64,000 bases of DNA from Thermoanaerobaculia bacterium (GCA_044226625.1 JBGAGQ010000013.1:1-64000), one strand, 5' to 3'. Shown: positions 1-9,114, counted from the stretch's first letter. Notes: generated from the letters alone by a model not told the origin. Made by a program: numbers and translations.

Positions 1-86
1 GGCCTCCGCCCCTGGCCGGCCCTCCCCGGGCCTACTCCTCGAGCTCCCCGCGGGCCACCGCCGCCGCCCTTCCCCTCCCACCAAAA

Positions 87-132
87 CCTCGTAAAGGTAG
101 CTGTCGCCTTAGCTCGTAAAGGTGGGTGTCGC
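87..132 (+). repeat. Two direct copies of a ~20-bp repeat (CTCGTAAAGGTAGCTGTCGC / CTCGTAAAGGTGGGTGTCGC), 25-bp period
   Basis: 88-107 and 113-132 match at 18/20; an inverted copy lies at 281-304. Confidence 0.8.
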
Positions 133-329
133 TTGACATCACCCTCGACAGTGAGACCGTGCTCTCCGGCATTCCGCCCGAGGCCTGGGAGTACCAGCTC
201 GGCAATCGCAGCGCGCTCGAATGGATCCTGGACCAGTACAAAGAGAAGAAGCCGAAGGACCCGACGATCCGCGCGAAATTCGACACCTACCTTTCTCTAC
301 GAGGCGGTGGCGGCTGGAAAGCGATCTGA
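126..329 (+). pseudogene. Fragment of a Type ISP restriction-modification enzyme C-terminal (specificity) domain
   Basis: LDSETVLSGIPPEAWEYQLGNRSALEWILDQYKEKKPKDPTIRAKFDTY resembles the C-terminus of LlaGI/LlaBIII-like enzymes; only ~50 aa present, with similarity ending at the flanking repeats. Confidence 0.7.
281..304 (-). repeat. Inverted copy of the AAAGGTAGGTGTCG repeat
   Basis: Reverse complement CCTCGTAGAGAAAGGTAGGTGTCG; the 14-bp core differs by 1 nt from each left copy. Confidence 0.75.
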
Positions 330-436
330 CCTCGGCTGGCCGAATGGCGCTGAAGCCTGGATCTACAGTTCTTCGCATGGATGTACATATTGTTGCCTCG
401 GACGTCGCGATGTATCCCTGGTCGAAATTCTCTTTC

Positions 437-700
437 ATGACGAGTTTCGGGCAACGTCTGCGCGGCTTGCGCCGCGACCGCGGCATCATCCAGCGGGATC
501 TCGCCGGGCGCATCGGCGTCGATCGGCGCACCGTACAGCGCTACGAGCTGGGGGAGATCTTCCCCGTCCCGGAGGTCCTCGCGGCTCTCGTGCGGGCCCT
601 CGGGCTCCGATTCGAAGATCTGTTTGCGCTCTCCCCTCCGATGCCCCGACGCATCCGCCGCCAGCCGTTCGAAGATTCCGTCGCCGCGCGAGAATCATGA
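437..700 (+). CDS. XRE-family helix-turn-helix transcriptional regulator
   Basis: MTSFGQRLRGLRRDRGIIQRDLAGRIGVDRRTVQRYELGEIFP is a typical HTH_3 pattern; start trimmed from ORF 221..700. Confidence 0.85.
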   Translation: MTSFGQRLRGLRRDRGIIQRDLAGRIGVDRRTVQRYELGEIFPVPEVLAALVRALGLRFEDLFALSPPMPRRIRRQPFEDSVAARES

Positions 701-1179
701 ACCCCATCGAGGAGGGTCTTTCTGTGAACGATCTAAAATCCATGTTGCCGGCGACCGTCTCGCCAAGCTCCGAGCCCGATGGGGTCGCCATGCTCAGCGA
801 CCCGCGGGAATGGGAGGAGGTGGAGGGATTCCGGCACACCTTCCTGATCCATTTCACCCCGACGGGACTCGCCGCGATGTTGCGCCAGGCCGGCCGCCAG
901 TTCTACGACAGCGTGCTCGAAGCGGCGGGCGGCTGGCCGCGCTCGCGCACGCTTCCGGTGGTCGAACAGGCCATGGCCGGAGCGGCCGATCTCCGCTTCC
1001 TCGAAGGGTTCTTCGGCATGGTGGGGCGCGAAGCGGAGGAGACCAGCCTGGCGCGTCCGGAGATTCAGATCTCGAATTTCGCCGTCGAGTATGCCGCGGC
1101 CGCGGGAGCGCTCGCGGCGAGAATCGAGCAGGATCTCGCCGCCTTGGGCGTCAACGGGTCGCCGCCGGCCGCCAAATGA
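697..1179 (+). CDS. Hypothetical helical protein translationally coupled to the XRE gene
   Basis: ATGA overlap with the XRE stop; 160 aa with coding-like codon usage. Confidence 0.7.
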   Translation: MNPIEEGLSVNDLKSMLPATVSPSSEPDGVAMLSDPREWEEVEGFRHTFLIHFTPTGLAAMLRQAGRQFYDSVLEAAGGWPRSRTLPVVEQAMAGAADLRFLEGFFGMVGREAEETSLARPEIQISNFAVEYAAAAGALAARIEQDLAALGVNGSPPAAK

Positions 1180-1272
1180 GGAGCGGGGGGTATTTCCTTC
1201 GACCGGATCGCGGTTTTCGAGCGTAGCCGTTCCAAGCGACGAGGGGTACACTTTTTCCCGCACGAGGCCGTC

Positions 1273-1890
1273 ATGAGACCCGCTATGAAAAAGACCGCCG
1301 CGTCTTCCGAAGCCTCCCCGCGGCCAAAGGTGACCCGCGGCAAGAAACCGCGCAAACGGAAGACGGCCGAGATCGAACGGGCGCGCTGGCTGCTCGGCCA
1401 TCTGATTCAAATGGCCGGTCTCGATCGCCGCGACGTCGACGAGCGGCTCGGTCTCACCCGCGGACAGGTGAGCCAGCTCCTCACCGGACGGGTGTCGCTC
1501 AAGCTGGAGATGATCCTGCTGATCCTCGACGAGGTCGGCATGGACCCGGTCACCTTCTTCAAGGTCCTGTTCGAGCTGCCGGAAGAGGGGGCGAGCCCGT
1601 TCCTCGCGTTGCTCTATCGAAAGATGATCGAAAGCGGCGCGGTCGAGCCGGCGCAAATGATCCTGCCGCCCGAGCCCGCGCCGGTCGCGGCGGACGACCT
1701 ACGCCGCCTGGTGCGCGAAGAGCTTCAGGACGTCCTGGGGCTTGCGGAGGCGACCCCCTCCCGCGCCGAACGGATGGCCGTGGAACGGAAGAAGACGTCT
1801 CCCCTGATCGGCGAGGTCGTCGCCGAGGTCAAGCGCCGCCGATCCGGCAAGCCGACCGAGAAGAAGCTCGAAACCGGTTCCGGGAGCTGA
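1273..1890 (+). CDS. XRE-like HTH protein with basic N- and C-terminal extensions
   Basis: LIQMAGLDRRDVDERLGLTRGQVSQLLTGRVSLKLEMILLIL HTH pattern; GAGG upstream. Confidence 0.75.
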   Translation: MRPAMKKTAASSEASPRPKVTRGKKPRKRKTAEIERARWLLGHLIQMAGLDRRDVDERLGLTRGQVSQLLTGRVSLKLEMILLILDEVGMDPVTFFKVLFELPEEGASPFLALLYRKMIESGAVEPAQMILPPEPAPVAADDLRRLVREELQDVLGLAEATPSRAERMAVERKKTSPLIGEVVAEVKRRRSGKPTEKKLETGSGS

Positions 1891-1933
1891 GGGTCGCCCC
1901 GCCAAGAGGTAAAGCGACCGTTGGCCGGCTTAC

Positions 1934-3046
1934 CTACCCCATTCCCAACGCCCGCGTGATCGCCCAGTAGAGCCCTACCGCGGCGATCGCGAGGGAGGCC
2001 GGGACAGCGACCCGCATCACGTACCAGGAGCGGCTCCGGAAGGCGCCGACCGCGAGGAAGGCGGCGGCGATCACCGTCAGTTGCCCTAGCTCGACTCCGA
2101 CGTTGAACGACAGGAGGGCCGGCACGAACGACGAGCGCGGCAGGCCCAGCTCGGAGAGCACCCCGGCAAAGCCGAGCCCGTGGAGCAGGCCGAAGGCGAA
2201 CACCAGCGCGACGCGCGACTTTTTGAGCTCTCGGGCGAAGACGTTTTCGACCGCGACGTAGACGATCGACACCGCGATCAGCGGCTCGACGATCCGCGGT
2301 GAGAGGTGGACCAGACCGAGCATCGCGAGGGCGAGCGAGAGCGTGTGGGCGACGGTAAACGCCGTCACCTGGGCGAGGAGCGGGCGCAGCCGGAGCGAGA
2401 GGAGGAAAAGCCCGAGGACGAACAGGATGTGATCGAGCCCCTTGGGCAGGATGTGGGTGAAGCCGAGGAAGAGGTAGCGACGGACCACCTCGCCGCGGGT
2501 GGTCGGCGCTTCGAGGACCTTGCCGACGTCGAACGGCTCGCTCTCCTCGCCCGGCTCCTGCCAGTGGTAGACCGCCGCGCCGTCGCCCGGGTTGTGGAAC
2601 GAGACGGGAAACGACCCGATCGCGAGATCGACGCGGAAGCTCGCTTTCCTCGCTCCGGAGGGGATCTTCCCGGCGAGCTCGAGCACCGGGCGGGGGGCGG
2701 TCGCGAAGGGATCGTTCGGATCGGCGGGGGGGAGCGTGACCGTAACCTCGGACGGCGCCGGCCGGCCGTCGAACGAGACGACCGCGGCCCCGGCGACCGC
2801 CCGAAGCCAAGCCGCGACGGCCGGATCCTTCGCCGCTTCGATCCCACGGACGTTGGGGGCGGCCTTCGTCGTCGGCGGGACCGGATGGGTGGCGTCGGCC
2901 GAGATCTCGAAACGATAGGTCCCGTTGCGCTCGAAATTGCCCTGAACGCGGATCGCCCCGAGCTCATGGGCATACGCCGGGGACATTCCAACGACCAGGG
3001 AGATCAACAGCAGAAAGCGACGGACGGCTCGAACGACACGCGGCAT
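1934..3046 (-). CDS. HupE/UreJ family membrane protein
   Basis: Signal peptide ending AYAHE; GFTHILPKGLDHILF, TAFTVAHTLSL, FGLLHGLGFA and FNVGVELGQ motifs; GGAGG RBS. Confidence 0.9.
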   Translation of the reverse strand: MPRVVRAVRRFLLLISLVVGMSPAYAHELGAIRVQGNFERNGTYRFEISADATHPVPPTTKAAPNVRGIEAAKDPAVAAWLRAVAGAAVVSFDGRPAPSEVTVTLPPADPNDPFATAPRPVLELAGKIPSGARKASFRVDLAIGSFPVSFHNPGDGAAVYHWQEPGEESEPFDVGKVLEAPTTRGEVVRRYLFLGFTHILPKGLDHILFVLGLFLLSLRLRPLLAQVTAFTVAHTLSLALAMLGLVHLSPRIVEPLIAVSIVYVAVENVFARELKKSRVALVFAFGLLHGLGFAGVLSELGLPRSSFVPALLSFNVGVELGQLTVIAAAFLAVGAFRSRSWYVMRVAVPASLAIAAVGLYWAITRALGMG

Positions 3047-3162
3047 GGCGGCTCCTCCGCGGGGTTCTACGCGAAACGGCGCGCCGTGGATCATGGCTCG
3101 GCCCGCTCGAACGCCGCGCCTCGCTCCTCGGCGGCGCCCGGACCCACTCCGGATCGCGGCCG

Positions 3163-4722
3163 CTAGTCGCGCTGCTGGATCTGGCGGCGCAGCAGCTCGT
3201 TTTCGAACGCCATGCCGACCTGGGCGGTCGCGAGCTCCAGAATGTCGATGTCCTCGATCGGCTGGTTGCGGTCGCCGTTGTCGGCGTAAATCACCGAGAT
3301 GACCCTCTGGGCGCCGAGGACCGGGAAGACCACGACTTGGCCGGCGCGGGGCGGGCCGAGCAGCTGGCGGAGCTCTATGGGAAGGGCCGCGGCTTCGAAA
3401 GTGAGGTTCTGCACCTCGCCGGATTCGAACGCCCGCGAGAGCGCGCTGTCGACGTCGAGCGGCAGGTTTCGACCGCGCGTCCGTTCGGCGAGCGGGCGTC
3501 CGTCCGCCGCGCTGCCGAAGGCGCCGAGCGCCACCAGATGGTCGCGCCGGACCAGGAAAAGGATCGCGCGCTCGACCGACTCCGAGATGATGTGCATCAG
3601 GTTGAGCGCGACGGTCGCCGAGATCAGCCCGGAGCGGAGGTCGCCGTATACCCGGCGCAACCGGGCGACTCCGCCGCGGATCTCGCGCGGCGGTTCCAGG
3701 GCGCCGCCGCCCGCGCCCTGCTCGCGCCGGCTCTCGATCAGGTTCTGGACGCAGGCCGCGACCGATTCGACCTCGGCGGGGAGCGCGGCGAGGAAGCCCG
3801 CGCCGTAGATGCCGGCCACCGGGGTGTCCGGATCGACCACCGCCACCAGCGATGGGCGCGGATGGGCGTCGGAGATCGCCCGAAACCTCTCCGGGGACAG
3901 CGCGCCGTGGCGCAGGTCGGCGACCACGATCGGTGGGGCGTCGCCCGGTAGGGGGCGACCGGCTTCCGCGATCGGGGTGACGCGGCAGCGCCCGCCCAGG
4001 CGGGCGAGCACCGGCAGCAGGCGGCGAAGGAACAGCTCGTCCTCGCAGACGATCTGCACTTCGATTTCCGCCGCGAGCGCGAGGTCCTCGTCGAGCAACG
4101 CCTCGACCGCGATCTCGCGATGGCTCACGGCCGCCGCGTGGGCCGGGGCGCCGGCGGCGACTCCGCCGATCGGCAGCGGGCCCGAGCCGCTCGGAACCGA
4201 GAGCGGCTCGCGGCTTCGTTCGTCGAAGATGCGCGCCGCTTCGAGCAGCACCATCTGGGTGTTGATGTCACCGTCCGGCAGGACGTCGCTCGGGTAGATC
4301 GCGATGTCGTCGATCGGGCGCAGGTCGTCGATCGCGAAATCGAACGTCCCGGTCTCCCAGAGCAGAACCTCGCCCACCCCTTGCTCGATCTGGCGCGCGA
4401 TCACGTCGCGCAGGCTTTCGGGGCTCAACGTCCCCGACTCGATCAGCTGCTGGCCGAGCGATCGGCGCTCGACACCGGCCGAGCGCTGCTTGCGGATCTC
4501 CTCGTCGAGCTCGGCGCGCGAGATCAGGCCCGAGGTCACCAGGAGATCGCCGATCTTCGGCGTCTTCGGCGTCTGCGCGGAGACCAGCCGGCCGAGGTGG
4601 AAGCCGATCATCGCGCGGTCGCGACCACGCACGAGATCGAGCGTCCCGGTCCGCCGACCGAGATGGATGAACTGCATGACGTCGGCGACCGAGACGTCCT
4701 GGAGGCTGCCGGAGATCCCCAT
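3163..4722 (-). CDS. DUF4388 (PATAN-like) protein with degenerate receiver and C-terminal GAF-like domain
   Basis: N-terminal ISGSLQDVSVADVMQFIHLGRRTGTL; C-terminal VVFPV..VISVIYADN..LATAQVGMAFENELL. Confidence 0.8.
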   Translation of the reverse strand: MGISGSLQDVSVADVMQFIHLGRRTGTLDLVRGRDRAMIGFHLGRLVSAQTPKTPKIGDLLVTSGLISRAELDEEIRKQRSAGVERRSLGQQLIESGTLSPESLRDVIARQIEQGVGEVLLWETGTFDFAIDDLRPIDDIAIYPSDVLPDGDINTQMVLLEAARIFDERSREPLSVPSGSGPLPIGGVAAGAPAHAAAVSHREIAVEALLDEDLALAAEIEVQIVCEDELFLRRLLPVLARLGGRCRVTPIAEAGRPLPGDAPPIVVADLRHGALSPERFRAISDAHPRPSLVAVVDPDTPVAGIYGAGFLAALPAEVESVAACVQNLIESRREQGAGGGALEPPREIRGGVARLRRVYGDLRSGLISATVALNLMHIISESVERAILFLVRRDHLVALGAFGSAADGRPLAERTRGRNLPLDVDSALSRAFESGEVQNLTFEAAALPIELRQLLGPPRAGQVVVFPVLGAQRVISVIYADNGDRNQPIEDIDILELATAQVGMAFENELLRRQIQQRD

Positions 4723-4730
4723 CGCGCTCC

Positions 4731-5486
4731 CTACGCCCCCCGCGCCAGCTTGACCAGGCTCTCGAGCGTGCGCAGCTTCCGGTCCTTCGCGGCGAACAGC
4801 CGGGCGGCGAACAGGGCGGAGGCGGCGTGGGCGGAGAGCAGGTCGAGCAGATCGCGGTCCTCGGGCCGGAGGATCGGCTTGTGGTCGAGCAGCTTCAACA
4901 GGACGATCGCGCCCACGATCTCGTGCTGGACGCGCAGGGGCACCGCGGCGAGCGACGGCGAATCCTCGGTCGGCCCGAGCCGGAGCAGCCCGTCCTGGAG
5001 GGTCGCGTCGACCATCGGGTCGCCCCCCTCGTAGGAATCGCCCGCGAACGGTCCGCTCCCCGCCGGGAGCCCCTGGCGCAGCGCGATCTCGCAGTCGTTC
5101 CCCTCTTCGCGCCGGAGCAGCAGGACGAACTGCTGGGCTCCGAGCAGGTCGATCGCGATCTCGGCGATCGTCGCCTGTACCTCCGGCGGCGACAGCGTGG
5201 CGTGGAGCTGGTAGGTCGCGACGTAGAGGCTCATCAGCCGCCCGGACTGGTGCTCCGATTCGACCAGCCGGGAGGTGAGCTCCTTGACGTCGGAATCGGT
5301 CGTCGACAGGCGGTGCTCGAGCTCGCGGATCCGCTCCGCGGGCTTGATCACCGTCGGCTCTTGCGCCGCGAGGCTTCCCTCGAGGGCGCGCAGGAGGTCC
5401 CCGGCGCGATCGACCGTCGTGCGCAACTGCTCGACGAGGTCGATCTGCAGGTCCGGCCGGCCGGCGAGCGCGTCGATCTCGCTCAA
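4731..5486 (-). CDS. Coiled-coil plus GAF domain protein
   Basis: Heptad N-terminal half; LYVATYQLHATL..AAVPL..VGAIVL..DLLDLLSAHAASAL; 4-nt overlap with upstream regulator. Confidence 0.8.
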   Translation of the reverse strand: MSEIDALAGRPDLQIDLVEQLRTTVDRAGDLLRALEGSLAAQEPTVIKPAERIRELEHRLSTTDSDVKELTSRLVESEHQSGRLMSLYVATYQLHATLSPPEVQATIAEIAIDLLGAQQFVLLLRREEGNDCEIALRQGLPAGSGPFAGDSYEGGDPMVDATLQDGLLRLGPTEDSPSLAAVPLRVQHEIVGAIVLLKLLDHKPILRPEDRDLLDLLSAHAASALFAARLFAAKDRKLRTLESLVKLARGA

Positions 5487-5887
5487 GCGGAAAGCTCCGA
5501 GGACGCCGCGGCGGAACCCGAGGCGTCGGCGAGGCGGGAGATCACCTCGAGGATCTGCTCGGTGCGGAACGGCTTCGAGATATAGGCGTCCGCTCCGGCC
5601 TCGATTCCGCGGGCCGTGTCCTCTTCCCGCCCCTCGGTGCTGATGATGACCACCTTCGTCCGCGCGTTCGCCGGCTCCGCCCGCATCGCGGCGAGAAATT
5701 CGAGACCGGTCATGTTCGGCATGTTGACGTCGAGCAGGATCAGATCGACGTCGGTGTGCTCGCGCAGCCGATCGAGCGCCTCACGGCCGTCCGCCGCGTA
5801 GACCAGCGGATACTGGCGCAGCATGACCTCGAACATCTTGCGCATCAGTTTCGAGTCATCGACGACGAGGACTTTGCGTGGCTGCAC
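5483..5887 (-). CDS. CheY-like single-domain response regulator
   Basis: VLVVDDS, LILLDVNMPNMTG, IISTEG, YISKPF receiver motifs. Confidence 0.92.
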   Translation of the reverse strand: MQPRKVLVVDDSKLMRKMFEVMLRQYPLVYAADGREALDRLREHTDVDLILLDVNMPNMTGLEFLAAMRAEPANARTKVVIISTEGREEDTARGIEAGADAYISKPFRTEQILEVISRLADASGSAAASSELSA

Positions 5888-6172
5888 GATACTTCCTCTG
5901 GCAATCCGGCATCAAAACTCGCGAGCTTTCGAAGCCCCTCGCTCATCCGGTGGGAGGCGCGCGTTCGGCGGGCGTTACGGTTTGCCAACGTGCTGGCCGA
6001 TCGGCGGATTCTAGCGACAGAGGCTGATCAAAGCTATCTGTGCCGGAAAGCGCCGAAAGCGGGCCACGGCTCGTCCCGAACCGCCTCGCCCCGCGTCGTC
6101 TACGGTCTCGTTCGATCTCCGGGTGCTTCTTCGGCCGGGCCGCTCGTCGCGGTTCGTTTCCCGCGCCGCTCC

Positions 6173-8602
6173 CTATTTTTCCTTGGCGAACGTGTAGAGG
6201 TTGCGCGCCGTGCTGAACTCGAGGATCGGCAGGTCATCGGTGTTCTCGATCTCGACCCGGCCGATGAAGCTCGGAAGCCGGTCGGACGGAATGTCCGGAT
6301 TCGAGAGCTTCGCGACCAACTCCTCGGGCGACATCTCGATCTCCTTCAAATCCGCGAGCACGCCCGGGTGGGCGATCCGGGCTCGCGCCTTGGCCTCGTC
6401 GGCTTCGAGCGGCCGGTCCGAGGCGACCAGGGCGATGTCGGCCCCGACGGCCCAGAAGCGGATGTGGGGGAAGACCGTCCGGATGGTGTGGAGGATGATC
6501 CGGAAATCGGGCGCCTGCATCTCGTAGAGCGGCATCCACTGGCAGAGGACTCCGCCGGGATTCAGGTGCGCCTTGGCCGAGCGATAGAACTGCTGGGTGA
6601 ACAGGCCGGAGACGCCGGCGACCCAGATGTTCGGCGGCTCGGAGGAGATGACGTCGTAGGTCTTCTTCGAGCTGTCGACGTAGTTTCGGCCGTCGTTCGT
6701 GACGATCTTGACCCGCGGGTCGTCGAGCGCATGATCGTTGAACGTGCCGAAGAAGTCGCGCGCCGCCGCCGTCACCAGCGGATCGATCTCGACCATGGTG
6801 ATCTCGCGGAGATCCGGGTTGTGGACCAAGGCGCGGAGGGTGGCGCCGCCGCCTAGTCCGATGGCCAGCACCTCTTTCGGATTCGGATGGAAGAACAGCG
6901 GCAGATGGCCGAGCAGGATCTGCGTCCGGTTGTCCTTGATGCTCGTCGACGCGTCGGTCTTGCCGTTGTGCTTGAGCAGCAGGTACGGGCCGAACTCGAG
7001 CACCGCCACCTGGCCGTAGAAACCCTGCTTGGCGTCGATCACCTTCATCTGGGCGAGCTCGGCCTTGAAGTCCTCGTAATTGCCGTTGCGCAGTCCGTGG
7101 TAGTAGACCGCGTGGACCGGCAGCTCGAAGTGGAGGACGGCGGGCGACAGGACGATCGCGCCGAACAGCAGGACCGCGCAGGCGACGGCCGCGCGGTTCC
7201 GGCTCGGACCGTTCGAGAGCGCGAGGAAGACCGCGGTGCCGAGCACGTAGATCCCGAGCATCGCGAGCCCGAGCCCCTCGAAGCCGAAGCGCGGCAGGAG
7301 CCAGAATTCGCCCAGGAACGCGCCGAGCACGGCGCCGAGCGTGTTCCAGAAGAAGACCCGACCCACCGCGAAGCCGCGCCGCTCGGCGACCCGGGTGCAG
7401 ATCTTGGTGACCAACGGGAAGTTCGCGCCCATCGCCACGGTGGCGAAGAAGACGATTCCCGCGATCACCATCGAGACCAGGATCTGGAACAGCAGGTAGG
7501 AATTCGTCGCCTCGAACAGCGCGAGGTAGGCCCACTCGAAGAACGATCCCGAGCGCAGCACGAGCACGCCGCCGAGCGCGATCACCGCGTAGGTGATGGC
7601 GACGGCCGAGAGCGGATCGCGCAGCCGGTCGATCCAACGCCGCATCGCAAGGCTGCCGAGCCCGATGCCGAGCAGGAACCCGGTCAGCACGCTCGACAGC
7701 GAGTACACGCTGGTGCCGTTCATCAGGTAGAAGAGCCGGTTCCAGCCGGTTTCGAGGAGGAGCGCCGCGAGCCCGGAGCAGAAGAACGTCCCGAGCACCA
7801 GGCCGAGCCGCCAGGCGGGCCAGGGCTCGGAATCGGCCTCTCCCGCCGGCTCTGGCACGGCGCTCTCGGTCGCGGGCGACGGGACGGCCTGAAGCTTCTT
7901 CTGCCGGACCTTGTCCTTCTTGATGTTCGTGGCGACCGTCGCGGCGTCCTTCCGATCCGGCTCCGCCGCCGACCCCTGGAGGCCCGAGAAGAGCAGGAAC
8001 GCTCCGAAGATCGCGGATACCGCGCCGAGCATCCAGGTCGACGTCGAAAGGCCGAACCCGGTGACGAAGACGAAGCCCGAAAGGAGCGCGCCGAGCGCGG
8101 CCCCCATCGTGTCGAGCCCGTAGACCAGCGAGACGCTCCCCCCCACGTCGGCCGAGCCGCGGGTGAGAAGGCGAACCGCGAGCGGGAACGTGGCGCCGAT
8201 CGCGAGCGTCGGCGTGATCAGGACGAGCAGGACGACCACGAACTTCCAGAGCGCCGCCGACATCGGCGAGAGGTCGTTCGGGAAAACCTGGAGATAGAGC
8301 CGGCGCGCGAGATCGAAGATCGGCAGCGACAACGCGACGTAGACGCCAAGGGCGATCTGGACCCGCCCGAGCAGTTGCCAGGGGCGCCCGGTCCGATCCG
8401 CCAGCCGCCCGGCCCAGATCGCTCCGACCGCGAGCCCGAGGAGGAAGACCGAGAGGACGGTCGAAAACACGCCCGCGGTCGAGCCGAACAGGAACGACAG
8501 TTTGCGCACCCAGATGACCTGGCAGGCGAGCGACAGCAGGTTGGTAAAGAAGACGACCAGGTACAGGACGTTTCTTCGGCTCTTCGCGCTGGTCTTCGGC
8601 AT
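6173..8602 (-). CDS. Fused MFS-like membrane / spermidine synthase-like (SAM-binding) protein
   Basis: Two membrane repeats (QVIWVRKL..FGST; ETGWNRLF..NGTSVY) plus C-terminal VLAIGLGGG, VEIDP, NDGRNY, DVISSEPP. Confidence 0.85.
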   Translation of the reverse strand: MPKTSAKSRRNVLYLVVFFTNLLSLACQVIWVRKLSFLFGSTAGVFSTVLSVFLLGLAVGAIWAGRLADRTGRPWQLLGRVQIALGVYVALSLPIFDLARRLYLQVFPNDLSPMSAALWKFVVVLLVLITPTLAIGATFPLAVRLLTRGSADVGGSVSLVYGLDTMGAALGALLSGFVFVTGFGLSTSTWMLGAVSAIFGAFLLFSGLQGSAAEPDRKDAATVATNIKKDKVRQKKLQAVPSPATESAVPEPAGEADSEPWPAWRLGLVLGTFFCSGLAALLLETGWNRLFYLMNGTSVYSLSSVLTGFLLGIGLGSLAMRRWIDRLRDPLSAVAITYAVIALGGVLVLRSGSFFEWAYLALFEATNSYLLFQILVSMVIAGIVFFATVAMGANFPLVTKICTRVAERRGFAVGRVFFWNTLGAVLGAFLGEFWLLPRFGFEGLGLAMLGIYVLGTAVFLALSNGPSRNRAAVACAVLLFGAIVLSPAVLHFELPVHAVYYHGLRNGNYEDFKAELAQMKVIDAKQGFYGQVAVLEFGPYLLLKHNGKTDASTSIKDNRTQILLGHLPLFFHPNPKEVLAIGLGGGATLRALVHNPDLREITMVEIDPLVTAAARDFFGTFNDHALDDPRVKIVTNDGRNYVDSSKKTYDVISSEPPNIWVAGVSGLFTQQFYRSAKAHLNPGGVLCQWMPLYEMQAPDFRIILHTIRTVFPHIRFWAVGADIALVASDRPLEADEAKARARIAHPGVLADLKEIEMSPEELVAKLSNPDIPSDRLPSFIGRVEIENTDDLPILEFSTARNLYTFAKEK

Positions 8603-8827
8603 GAGGTCGTATCTCTCCGCGTCGCTCTTTTTCGCCCGAAACGGCCCGAAGCGTCCTGACGTAGGCCGGGCGAGCGAGGAATCATAGCCGGAAGGGCGCG
8701 GGCCGCCGAACGAACGCCGGGGTGTTGCCGCGCCCGTCGATTCCAGGCCTCGCGTCGCCTCGGGAGCCGTTCGGCATTCTCGTTCGTACGGTAGACTCGC
8801 GCTCCACCGACCAAGGAGGACGGACTC

Positions 8828-9007
8828 TTGAAAAAGAAGACGAACCGACTGACGCTCTCCAAAGAAACCCTGCGGGGCCTCGCCGAACCGGAGATCCTCA
8901 AGGAAGTCGCGGGCGCGAGCCGCGCCAAGACCGACTGCGTCGTCTGCGAGAGCGGTTTCTACACCTGCCCCTCCGCGGCCGGGGGTTGCAACAGCTACCT
9001 CTGCTAG
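8828..9007 (+). CDS. Putative RiPP (class I lanthipeptide-like) precursor peptide, 59 aa
   Basis: AAGGAGGA RBS at 8813-8820, TTG start; MKKKTNRLTLSKETLRGLAEPEILKEVAGA-SRAKTDCVVCESGFYTCPSAAGGCNSYLC; LxLxKET leader motif and Cys/Ser/Thr-rich core; below the ORF-track size cutoff. Confidence 0.85.
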   Translation: MKKKTNRLTLSKETLRGLAEPEILKEVAGASRAKTDCVVCESGFYTCPSAAGGCNSYLC

Positions 9008-9020
9008 ACCCCGTGCACCG

Positions 9021-9047
9021 GGCGTGGGGCCTTTCCGGCCTCACGCC
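9021..9047. terminator. Hairpin between the convergent precursor and PIN genes
   Basis: GGCGTGGGGCC-TTTCC-GGCCTCACGCC, 11-bp stem with one G-U pair; no clear U tract. Confidence 0.5.
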
Positions 9048-9114
9048 TTCCTCCACTTCCGCTTCCAGCCGATTCCTTGACCTTTCCCGCCGCCTGCGGG
9101 TTTCCCTCCGGCGA

